Shown here: one piece after another, positions 36,770 to 48,288 of the stretch | How positions within the stretch are numbered: the first letter of the stretch is position 1 | How the letters are laid out: the number at the start of each line of letters is the position of its first letter | Assembly (NCBI GenBank): GCA_964247055.1 | Contig: OZ176056.1 | Location: 1,488,001 to 1,552,000 of the forward strand | Length of the DNA stretch: 64,000 nt | Direction: 5' to 3' | DNA from: Paragordius varius | Lineage: Eukaryota > Animalia > Nematomorpha | The notes under the pieces: model-generated | Seen by the model: the letters and a program-made list of their open reading frames with translations, nothing else | Told to the model about the DNA's origin: nothing | Database searches by the model: none | Made by a program: the position numbers and the translations under genes

Positions 36770-39640
36770 GCTGGCTTTGTGATCTGGTAGCGGAAAACCG
36801 ATAGGATCATTCAAACCCAAATATCGAAAAAATATAATCATTAATGAATGCCCCGACAATAGCTTCGCCCTTTTTTGAAATAGGCCCCCAGTTCGGGCCC
36901 ACCCCGTGTGAAAAATAAAAATGGTGTCTTTGAGACAATTTTACGGAGAACGTGTTGGACCATTATTTCAAATATCATTTTTGTTTGGTTATTTTCGATT
37001 GCGCCGAACACAGTCGTCTCGCTTTTTTAATTTAGGCCCTCTTATATCCGCTCTCCACCGTAAAATGCCATTTTTTTAAAAAAACAAAGTCAACAAAAAA
37101 TTTTTTTTGAATCTATTTTTCGCCAAAGGTATGAGACCGTAAAAATTCAATGCGGATTCTACGTATTCCCTGTTTAAAGACAAAAATTTTAATCAAGCAT
37201 TTCTTTAATGATAGCTGCTGGGTAAAGAGCTACCCGTTATAAACTGATCCGTCATGTGGCTTTGTGATCTGGTACCAGAAACCCGGTAGACCCATTCAAA
37301 TCCAAATATCGTAAAAATATGATCATTAATGAATGCCCCGACAATAGCTTGGCCCTTTTTTTAAACAGCCCCCAGTTAGGGCCCATCCCGTGTGAAAAAT
37401 GGTATTGTTTTGAAAACAGAATCCCTACAAAATCGTGTCTTTGATACAATTTTCCGGAGAACGTGTTGGACCATTCAATTTCAAATATCATTTTCATTTG
37501 GTTATTTTCGATTGCGCCGAACATAGTCGTCTCGCTTTTTTGATTTATTGCCTCTTTTAACCCACTTCCCCCATAAAATGCCATTTTTTTCAAAAAACAA
37601 TGTCCACTAAAATATTTTTTGAATCTATTTTTCGCCAAAGGTATGAGACCGTAAAAATTCAATGCGGATTCTACGTATTCCCTGTTAAAAGGCAAAAATT
37701 TGAGTCAAATATTTTGATGTTTGCTGCTAGGTAAGGAGCTACCCGTTAAAAACTGATCCGTAATGTGGCTTTTTCATCTGGTACCGAAAAATCGGTAGAC
37801 CCATTTGAATCCAAATATCGAAGAAATATAATCATTAATGAAAGCCCTGACAATAGCTTCGCCCTTTTTTTGAAATAGACCCCCAGTTCGGGCCCATCCC
37901 GTGTGATTTTTTTTTTGAAAACAAATCCCCACAAAAATCCTGTCTTTGAGACAATTTTCCGGAGATGTTGGACTATTCAATTTTAAATATGATTTTTGTT
38001 TAGTGATTTTCGATTGGGCCGAACATAGTCGTCTCTCTTTTTTGATTTAGGGCCTCTTTTTACTCGCTCCCCCCGTAAAATGTCATTTTTTTCAAAAAAC
38101 AATGTCCACTAAAATATTTTTTGAATCTATTTTTCGCCAAAGGTATGAGACCGTAAAAATTCAATGCGGATTCTACGTATTCCCTGTTAAAAGGCAAAAA
38201 TTTGAGTCAAATATTTTGATGATAGCTGCTAGGTAAGGAGCTACCCGTTAAAAACTGATCCATAATATGGCTTTGTTATCTGGCACCGGAAAACCGGTAG
38301 ACCCATTCAATTCCAAATATCGAAGAAATATACTCATTAATGGCCCCGCGTCCTATTTTTGAAATAGGCCCCCAGTTCGGGCCCATCCCGTGTGAAAAAT
38401 GGTATTTTTTTGAAAACAGAATCCTTATAAAAATCCTGTCTTTGAGACAATTTTCCGGAGAATGTGTGTGACCATTCAATTTTAAATATGATTTTTGTTT
38501 AGTTATTTTCTATTGCGCCGAACATAGTCGTCTCGCCTTTTTGATTTAGTGCCTCTTTTTACCCGCTCCCCCCGTAAAATGCCATTTTTTTCAAAAAACA
38601 AAGTCCACAAAAATAATTTTTTAGATCTATTTTTCCGCAAAGGTATGAGATCGTAAAAATTCAATGAGGATTTATTCCCTGTTAAAAGGCAAAAATATTA
38701 CACAAGCATTTCTTTGATGATAGCTGCTGGGTAAGGAGCGGCGCGTTAACAACTGATCTGTAATGTGGCTTTGAGATCTGGTACCGAAAAATCGGTAGAC
38801 CCATTTGAATCCAAATATCGAAGAAATATAATCATTAATGAATGCCCCGACAATAGCTTGGCCCTTTTTAAATCAGGCCCCCAGTTCGGGCCCATCCCGT
38901 GAAATTTTTTTTTGAAAACAAAATACCCACAAAAATGGTGTCTTTGAGACAATTTTCCGGAGGTGTTGGACTATTCAATTTCAAATATCATTTTTGTTTG
39001 GTTATATTCGATTGCGCCGAACATAGTCGTCTCGCTTTTTTAATTTAGGCCCTCTTTAACCCGCTCCCCCCATAAAATGCCATTTTCTTCAAAAAAACAA
39101 TGTCGACAAAAATAATTTTTTGAATCTATTTTTCGCCAAAGGTATGAGACCGTAAAAATTCAATGCGGATTCTACGTATTTCCTGTTAAAAGGCAAAAAT
39201 TTTGGTCAAACATTTCTTTGATATGATAGCTACTGGGGAAAGAGCCACCCGTTAAAAACTGATCCGTCATGTGGCTTTGTGATCTGATACCGGAAAATCA
39301 GTTGACCCATTCAAATCCAAATATCGAAGAAATATAATCATTAATGGCCCCTCGCCCTTTTTTGAAATAGGCCCTCAGTTCGGGCCACCCCGTGTGAAAA
39401 ATTGTTTTTTTAAAAAAAACAGAATCCCCACAAAAATGGTGTCTTTAAGACAATTTTCCGGAGAACGTGTTGGACCATTCAATTTCAAATATGATTTTTG
39501 TTTAGTTAATTTCGTTTGCGCCAGACATAATCGTGTCTCTTATTTTATTTAGGACCACTTTTTACCCGCTCCCCCCGTAAAATGCCATTTTTTTAAAAAA
39601 AACAGTCTACAAAACTAAATTTTTAAATCTATTTTTCACC
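36770..39640. repeat. ~500-bp relatively GC-rich tandem satellite, about 5.7 units
   Basis: GGTATGAGA[CT]CGTAAAAATTCAATG recurs near 37128, 37640, 38142, 38642 and 39143; CCCCAGTTCGGGCCCA is in each unit. Confidence 0.9.
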
Positions 39641-41958
39641 CAAGTAAACAATATGTTCGTATAAATGCACCGTTTTAATCCTGTGAGATCATAGCTATTA
39701 AAAAATGTTACGAAATAATACACGTATCTGGATCATTTTATTGTCCCTTTTTTTAAATGGCCCCCCAGAAGTCCGAAGGACTTCCTCGGACTGCGTAGCA
39801 GCTCGAAATAGTCATTTATAAATATATATATATGTGTATAATTACAATTGTAAAATATATGATTGATTGTTTTACCAATTTACTTACCAACAATTTCATA
39901 CTTTGTAGTTTTAAAAAACAAATTATATTTTAAAAAAACAAGATTTAAAAAGTATGGTTGTCTTCTAGAAGAAAAGATTTTCTTTATATTTTTACATTTT
40001 GTCCGTATTTAAATTTTTACTGTATAATAATTCCAAAGACATGTAATGAGAAACTATATTAAACCCATTTAAAAGGGTAGATTCAAAATGGCTCAACTAA
40101 ACTTCGCCTATTAATAAATATAAAATTGAGTTTAAATGGGTCTACTACATTTTAAAATAAAGGTTAACTCAAGCAACATTTTACATCTCCATTATAATAT
40201 CGTTTACTAATTTGATAGATAAACCAATTTATGAAATTCAATTTTGTTGTTCATCGAAGCTTTGAATATTTAATACAAATTTCAAGTTGCTCCCTTCTCA
40301 TTTTTTTAAGCCTACATGGCACTAAGTACGATCTTGACAAATTTGCATTGCAAAGACATCTGATCGAATATTTATTCTTAGGTTGAATCCAATTTTAGTG
40401 TTAAACCGACCGACAGTCTATGAATCCATAATTGCAAAATTGTCTTAATTATATTGGAAAATTTATACGTTTTAATTCTATTAAAAAATAATTTTAAATT
40501 GATACCTACTAAAATAGTGTACAACAATATTAACAAACGGTTATAAATTCAAATTTCATTATTTATATGATATTTCGATCAATTTTCCATCATATCGAGC
40601 TTAAGGGTATAATTAGTGTTTATTCGGTTAAAGGTTTTTAGACCTAGCCCTTCGAAAAACAAATTTTATAGTTTGTACTCTAAAAACAAATCGTATATTT
40701 GAATGATATTTAGTTTACATTGTGATATTTACTAAAACAAAATAAATCCATACGTGGCTACAGACAAGTAAATAATATCCTCTCCTTTTAGCCAATAAAA
40801 AAACAAACATGACCGATAGTAGAGTTCGTTAGTGTAAAAAGTACGTATTTGTTTTTAGATTGTTATGGAAATTCCCAAAACTGTAATGTTGTAAACATTT
40901 GAATACATTCGATCGATAAGTTTGAAGAGCTTAACATTATACCAGTTAGTAAGAAAACATATTATTTTAACACGTTAGCAAAGGGAAAAAGGTTGCTTAT
41001 ATATAATACTGCCTTTTAAAGTTTAATCAACTAACAATTTTTAGATAATTTAATATATTTTTATTAATTATTTTTTTTTATCTTTTTTTCAAACCACATC
41101 ACAATTCCAATAAAAATGGTCAACATTTACAAAGCCGGGCTTGAGGTAAAACTTAATCATTTCAATATAATTTAAGCAGGACTGCCTAACACAAGTGGCT
41201 TATTATATCTGTAGTTTCAATAAGAAAAAATTAATATTTATTTTTTTACCGAGATTTAGATATTATCGCATGAAAATATGTAATTATTCGGTCCTTTTTA
41301 AAATAATTGGCGGTTAACGTAATATTTCGGAGACCTCTTAAAGATTTACATAATTGGTCTATTTTAAATATCAAAAACCAAATTTTTTATAATATAAGAC
41401 ATTAATAGTTACCACTTTTTTATTCTCCATCCTGCGATTTTAATATTATATATATTTTTTTAAAATTAGCTAAATTAATAATATGCATGGGACATTTTAT
41501 GCGTATTATTAAAATTTGAAAATACCGCCATAAAAAATTCTAAATTTTGTTATTATGGCTAATAAGACCGTAAATATGCTATGTTTAACACATAAATTTA
41601 AATATCCTAAAAAATATTTTTTAGAATGTGTCAGAAGAGTGCGTGCAATTATTGATTTTATTATAAATTTTATTTCAAACTAGTATAAGCCAAACCCGAA
41701 ACTCTAAAACTTTTAAATTATGATCCAATATGATAAAGAAAATAAGAAATAAATATTTATATAACAAAAATTAAACCCCGGGACGAACACCTCGTATTTT
41801 TGTAAATCATATGAGAAATTCGTAGTTTTATCTTAAAACAACCAATTGAAGGTAATCATAACAAAAACATTTCTTAATAATTTAATTAAGTCTGTTTACG
41901 AATGTTGTTTTTTACATTGTTTAATTAGTTCATCTAAGTAAATAACCTTTCTTTTTAA

Positions 41959-42529
41959 CACTTGGATACAACACACTCATTTCCTTCGATTCAAATTGGG
42001 GTAGTTGGGTACCCGAGGCCTGTTCAGAATCAAATATTTTAAAAAGTATGGAAAGAATCATAACCATGGCGAAATTATGCACTAATATAACATTAATAAA
42101 CCGAAATATATAAAAAAATTTATTCAAAAATACTAGATATTATATATTTTAAACCATAACCGAAAGGTAAAAATTTCGTCAACGTGACATGTGTGAAATA
42201 GGAAAATTAAAAAAAATACAAAATAAATCGCTTTTTCTATTTTTATCAATGTTAGTTATTCAAATAAAAAAGCTTTAATTTTACACTTAAAATTAAATGA
42301 GCACGATATTTTGCAAAAAATGTTAAAATAAAAATGGCGTCGATGTAGTTTGACATGGAACTTTTTTTTTCAAAACAAAATTTTATTAAGATATTTTGGC
42401 ATATTTATATAATTTATATTAGGATAGAAGCATAAATTCAAATTGGGATGGTTTCCTTCAGTAGTTTTTTATAAGTATTAATTTTAATTTAGCCTCGGGT
42501 ATTTAGATACCCCAATTTGAATCGAAGTG
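41959..42529 (-). mobile_element. piggyBac-like MITE copy (amplified with the segmental array)
   Basis: TTAA-CACTTGGATAC...AATCGAAGTG-TTAA. Confidence 0.8.
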
Positions 42530-44034
42530 TTAAAATAAAGTTTGTGATATATTAAAATCTTTTTATGCGTTTTATATTGTTTTCATCATACATTATTGTA
42601 TCATAAAACGTTTTTACAAATAAAATATTATATTTTATCATTATAAAGCATTATTTTAAGCTCATATCGCACGATCTCGTCGCTTTATTTTGTAAACACT
42701 TTATACCGAGGTTCTAGAGTTTAAAATTATACATAAAATTGTTCTTCAAATATAGATTTAAATTATATATTATAACAAGTTTTACAAATTATATTGCGTT
42801 CAGCCTTGGTGTCATTAAAAAGTATTGAGCCAAGTATTTATTGTAATAAAGCGGTGTCGAAATCGAATTAAGGGAATATTTTAAATCCAATCATAGAGAT
42901 ATGTTTAGCTTATTCGCACAGCTTGTTTTCCGCCTGATTTTAGTCGTTTCGATATCTCAATTATACATATCTCTAAACAAATGAATTATAACATAAGGTA
43001 AGTCGATTTCAAAAATTTCCATATGGACATGTGGATCAATAAAAGTGAAAAAACTTTCTTAAATGTATGGTAAGCACCAAAATTAAAAGCAGATGAGAAT
43101 CCTACATATTCTTACCAAAAAATCAGTAACTTAATCTTTATTACCCGATAATGTGCAAAGGTTTGGAAGAAAATTAAAAGGCGCATTGAAGTCAAACGTG
43201 CTGTGTCTATAAAAAGAGTACGCATTTTAAAATTATATATTTTATTAATAGTACTATGTGTCTATTTTTTTAAGCCCATGACACTAAAATGCGTGCTATC
43301 TTGACAAATTTGTAGTTAAAAGGCATCTGATCGACTATTTATTCTTGTGTTGGGTTCAGATTTGTGTTAATTACCGATTGTCTATGAATCCATAATTGCA
43401 TAATTAGAGCCTAATTTTACTGATAAATTATGCGTAAAAATATAAAAACATTTTATCATTAAATTAATACCAACAAACAAAAACTTGATAATTAAATTTA
43501 AAAATTCAATGATTATATGATTTATTTCGATCGATTAATCACATCAAGCTTAAGAAGTATGATTGGTTTAGTTTATTAGCGAATACAGGCCTTTACGACC
43601 TGCGCCTTAGAAAAACAAATTTTTTAGTTCGTACTGTAAAAACAAATCGTATATTTGAATGATATTTAGTTTACATTGTGATATTTACTAAAACTAAATA
43701 TATCCATACGTGGCTACAGACAAGTAAATTATATCCTCTCCTTTTAACCATTTAAAGAACCTAAATTGCCAATAGTAGATCTCGTTACTGTAAAAAGTAC
43801 GTATTTGTTTTTAGATTGTTATGGAAATTCCCAAAACTGTATAGTAGTAAACATTTGAATACATTCGATCGATAAGTTTGAAGAAATAAACATTATACCA
43901 GCTAGTAATAGAACATATTATTTTAACACGTAAGCAAAGGTACAAAGGTTGCTAATACAGAACACTAGCTTTTTAATATTCGTGTGTTAACGTCGTGTGA
44001 ATAATGAAAGAAAATAAAAATAAATTTATTATAG

Positions 44035-44068
44035 ACTCAAATTTTCGCCCAATGGCATCATCAGGAGT
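44035..44068 (-). ncRNA. Minimal type I hammerhead ribozyme-like motif (left arm)
   Basis: Exact reverse complement of 46473-46506. Confidence 0.55.
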
Positions 44069-44447
44069 TGTTAAAAGAAAAAACTTAAAATAAAGTATAA
44101 CCAAGAAAAAAATATAAAATGAAATTAAATGTGAGACAAATTAATGCTTATAAATTGATATAATAGACAAAGGAAAGTAACATAAAAGAAAACCGTTATA
44201 ATCTTGAGCGCATGTGCAATATATTTTTTATAGGAACATAAATATATCTACATTAGACAAAACAAACAAATTATAAAAAATAAAAAATTTAAGTAATATC
44301 AATGCTGTATAAAGTGATATAATAGACAAAGGAAAGTAACATAAAAGAAAACCGTTATAATCTTGAGCGCATGTGCAATATATTTTTTATAGGAACATAA
44401 ATATATCTACATTAGACAAAACAAACAAATTATAAAAAATAAAAAAT

Positions 44448-45518
44448 TTAAGTAATATCAATGCTGTATAAAGTTTTTGGAATAAAAATACTATGGTTTT
44501 TTATAAAAATTTTGGTTTGTGGGTGAATCTCTCTTTTCTCTTCTCGCCTATTAAGAAGTTCATGTTCTGAGCTCTGTATGTATAAGGCTTCCTTTGTCAG
44601 TCTAGACTTTAGTTTCTTCTCGATGCCCAAGATATTTATTGTTGTAGAACAACGGTGATCATTGTCTAAGCAATGTAAGAACATGGCTGAATTCTTGCAT
44701 CTTAGGTGTTCTTTGTACCTCAATTTTATGTCGCGTTTTGACTGGCCTATATATTTGGCAGGACAGTCACTACAATTCAATCTGTATATTGTGTTTTCCA
44801 GCTCGACATCGCGAGTTCTCAACATAGTGAGAACGTTCGCAGTAGGTTTGTAGTAAACCTTTAAATTCTTTTTCCTTTTTAAAATTTTGCCTAGACTGGT
44901 AGAAAATCCGCTGTAAGGAAGGCAAACATTGCGAACAATTGGGATACTAGATGATTGCGATTCATTTGTATGACAAGTGATCGGTGTTGCAGTGTGCTCT
45001 GTGTCATTAATAGGATTGATCGATGCTGATGTATTTTTGTTTTTTAGGACTGTGTTAACGGCCGACGTAATCCATTCCTGGTGGTAACCCTGGCGTAGCA
45101 GATATTGTACGACTTCACCTGTCTGTTTTATCTGCATTTCTAATGTGTTTGGTAGAAGGAGTGTACGCTTTATATAGCTAGATACTATGGCTTTGTATGT
45201 GGATGGCGGGTGATTAGATTCTAATGATAGGAAGCTGAAATTAAATAATTTTTATAATGAACTTTGGTGGTTATGGATATCTGGTTGTCATTGCGGATTT
45301 TAGATATGACAATGTCTAAAAAAGGTATTGAGTTGTCGACTTCCTCTTCTTTTGTGAATTTTAATTCCGATTCGTTGTTTAGGGCTATAAATAATTTATT
45401 TTGGTTAATTTCTGAATCTATTATTAAGATGTCATCAACATATCTCTTGTAAATTTTATTTCGTTGTTTGCCAAAACGCTTTTTTCAATGTGTCTGAGGC
45501 ACAACTCACCTATGACTG
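44448..45518 (-). pseudogene. Penelope RT C-terminal remnant plus GIY-YIG endonuclease (frameshifted, 5'-truncated)
   Basis: Reads SVIGELCLRHIEK.. / YKRYVDDILII..LKFTKEEEVDNSIPFLDI.. / SNHPPSTYKAIVSSYIKR..GY..TIYRLNCSDCPAKYIGQSKRDIKLRYKEH..SAMFLH..RLTKEALYI..LLNR. Two frame breaks are visible in the RT part. Confidence 0.88.
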
Positions 45519-46252
45519 AAAGCTATATAAAGCGTACACTCCTTCTACCAAACACATTAGAAATGCAGATAAAACAGACAGGTGAAGTCGTACAATATCT
45601 GCTACGCCAGGGTTACCACCAGGAATGGATTACGTCGGCCGTTAACACAGTCCTAAAAAACAAAAATACATCAGCATCGATCAATCCTATTAATGACACA
45701 GAGCACACTGCAACACCGATCACTTGTCATACAAATGAATCGCAATCATCTAGTATCCCAATTGTTCGCAATGTTTGCCTTCCTTACAGCGGATTTTCTA
45801 CCAGTCTAGGCAAAATTTTAAAAAGGAAAAAGAATTTAAAGGTTTACTACAAACCTACTGCGAACGTTCTCACTATGTTGAGAACTCGCGATGTCGAGCT
45901 GGAAAACACAATATACAGATTGAATTGTAGTGACTGTCCTGCCAAATATATAGGCCAGTCAAAACGCGACATAAAATTGAGGTACAAAGAACACCTAAGA
46001 TGCAAGAATTCAGCCATGTTCTTACATTGCTTAGACAATGATCACCGTTGTTCTACAACAATAAATATCTTGGGCATCGAGAAGAAACTAAAGTCTAGAC
46101 TGACAAAGGAAGCCTTATACATACAGAGCTCAGAACATGAACTTCTTAATAGGCGAGAAGAGAAAAGAGAGATTCACCCACAAACCAAAATTTTTATAAA
46201 AAACCATAGTATTTTTATTCCAAAAACTTTATACAGCATTGATATTACTTAA
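45519..46252 (+). pseudogene. Inverted duplicate of the Penelope thumb/GIY-YIG region
   Basis: Identical protein to the minus-arm ORF from SYIKRT onward. The N-terminus of supplied ORF 45464..46252 is antisense RT sequence. Confidence 0.85.
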
Positions 46253-46472
46253 ATTTTTTATTTTTTATAATTTGTTTGTTTTGTCTAATGTAGATATATT
46301 TATGTTCCTATAAAAAATATATTGCACATGCGCTCAAGATTATAACGGTTTTCTTTTATGTTACTTTCCTTTGTCTATTATATCAATTTATAAGCATTAA
46401 TTTGTCTCACATTTAATTTCATTTTATATTTTTTTCTTGGTTATACTTTATTTTAAGTTTTTTCTTTTAACA

Positions 46473-46506
46473 ACTCCTGATGATGCCATTGGGCGAAAAT
46501 TTGAGT
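46473..46506 (+). ncRNA. Minimal type I hammerhead ribozyme-like motif (right arm)
   Basis: ACTC-CTGATGA-T-GCC-ATTG-GGC-GAAA-ATTT-GAGT: stem I ACTC/GAGT, core CUGAUGA/GAAA, 3-bp stem II and a palindromic AATT stem III. Confidence 0.55.
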
Positions 46507-47730
46507 CTATAATAAATTTATTTTTATTTTCTTTCATTATTCACACGACGTTAACACACGAATCTTACTAGCTTTTTAAGTTTAATCAACTAACAATTTC
46601 TTTTTAGATAATTTAATATATTTTTATATTAATTATTTTTATTATCTTTTTTTCAAACACATCACGATTCCAATAAAAATGGTTATGAACATTTACAAAG
46701 CCGGGCTTGAGGTAAAACTCAATTATTTTTATATAATTTAAGGCCTAAAAGTGGCTTAATATTTTTGTAGTTTCAATAAGAAAAAATTATCGATATTTAT
46801 TATACGCTGCGATAATTTATTTTTCTTAGATTTAGATATTTTCGCATGAAAATATGTATTTATTCAGTACATTTTAAAAGTAATATTTCGGTGTTAAAGA
46901 TTTAAATGTTATTATAAAATATAAAGAATGTTCTCAAATGATCTACAAATTCTTAAAAGTTTGACACAAAAAGACCTATTTTTACATCATTTCCGCGGAT
47001 TGCAATATTAAATTATTATTTAATTAAATATACATACAGCCATTTTAAAGCTAAAGATAAATTGTTACACACTGTTAATAAAGAAAAAAAAATTTACTAC
47101 ATTAATTTCTTCATATAATTGCTTTATTTAAAATATCAAAAACCAAATTTTTATATAAGACATTAATAGTTACCACTTTTTTATTCTCCATCCTGCGAAT
47201 TTAATATTATATATATTTTTATAAAATTAGCTAAATTAATAATATGCATGGGACATTTTATGCGTATTATTAAAAATTTAAAAATACCGCCATAAAAAAT
47301 TCTAATTTCGTTATTATGCCTAATAAGACCGTTAATATGCTATGTTTAACATATAAATTTAATTATCCTAAAAAATATTTTTTAGAATGTGTCAGAAGAG
47401 TGCGTGCAATTATTGATTTTATTATAAATTTTATTTCAAACTAGTATATGCCAAACCCGAAACTCTAAAACTTTTAAATTATGATCCAATATGATAAAGA
47501 AAATAAGAAATAAATATTTATATAACAAAAATTAAACCCCGGGACAAACACCTCGTATTCTTGTAAATCATATGAGAAATTAGTAGTTTTATCTTAAAAC
47601 AACCAATTGAAGGTAATCATAACAAAAACATTTCTTAATAATTTTTTTTTGTTAGTTAGGTCTGTTTACGAATGTTGTTTTTTTGATATTGTTTAATTAG
47701 TTTATCTAAGTAAATAACCTTTTTATTTAA

Positions 47731-48288
47731 CACTTGGATACAACACACTCATTTTAATCCTTCGATTCAAATTGAGGTAGTTGGATACCCCAGGCCTGTT
47801 CAGAATCAAATATTTTAAAAAGTATGGAAAGAATCATAACCATGGCTAAATTTTGTACTAATATAACATTAATAAACCGAAATATATAAAAAAAATTATT
47901 CAAAAATACTTGATATTATTTATTTTAAGCTAAAACCGAAAGGTAACGTCAACGTGACATGTGTGAAATAGTAAAATTAAAAATAATACAAAATAAATCG
48001 CTTTTTCTATTTTTATCAATGTTAGTTATTCAAAAGCTTTAATTTTACCCTTAAAATTAAATGAGCACGATATTTTGCAAAAAAATGTTAAAATAAAAAT
48101 GGCGTCGATGTAGTTTGACATGGAACTTTTTTTTCAAAACAAAATTTTATTAAGTTGGCATATTTATATAATTTATATTAGAATAAAAGCATAAATTTAA
48201 ATTGGTATGGTTTCCTTCAGTAGTTTTTTATAAGTATTATTTCTAATTTAGCCTGGGGTATTTAGATACCCCAATTTGAATCGAAGTG
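47731..48288 (-). mobile_element. piggyBac-like MITE copy
   Basis: TTAA-CACTTGGATAC...AATCGAAGTG-TTAA. Confidence 0.8.

Larger units (their letters stand above)
43977..46566. mobile_element. Penelope-like retroelement insertion, 5'-truncated, with two arms inverted tail-outward
   Basis: 13-bp TSD ACTAGCTTTTTAA at 43964-43976 and 46567-46579. The inverted arms are about 43979-45180 and 45519-46563, each with a GIY-YIG ORF; the spacer holds an RT remnant on the minus strand. Confidence 0.92.

Noticed and set aside
37252-38952. ORFs in the ~500-bp satellite (also 63203..63935); possible tRNA, snRNA or 5S array
   Set aside because: Frames shift between units, and I recognised no cloverleaf, A/B box, Sm site or known snRNA/SL/5S sequence.
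41930-42127. Identical 65-aa ORFs here and at 53527..53724
   Set aside because: They overlap a piggyBac-like MITE end and are identical only because of the segmental duplication.
44662-46038. 63-aa ORFs 44662..44853 and 45847..46038, and ORF 45264..45452
   Set aside because: Antisense frames of the Penelope RT/GIY-YIG sequence.
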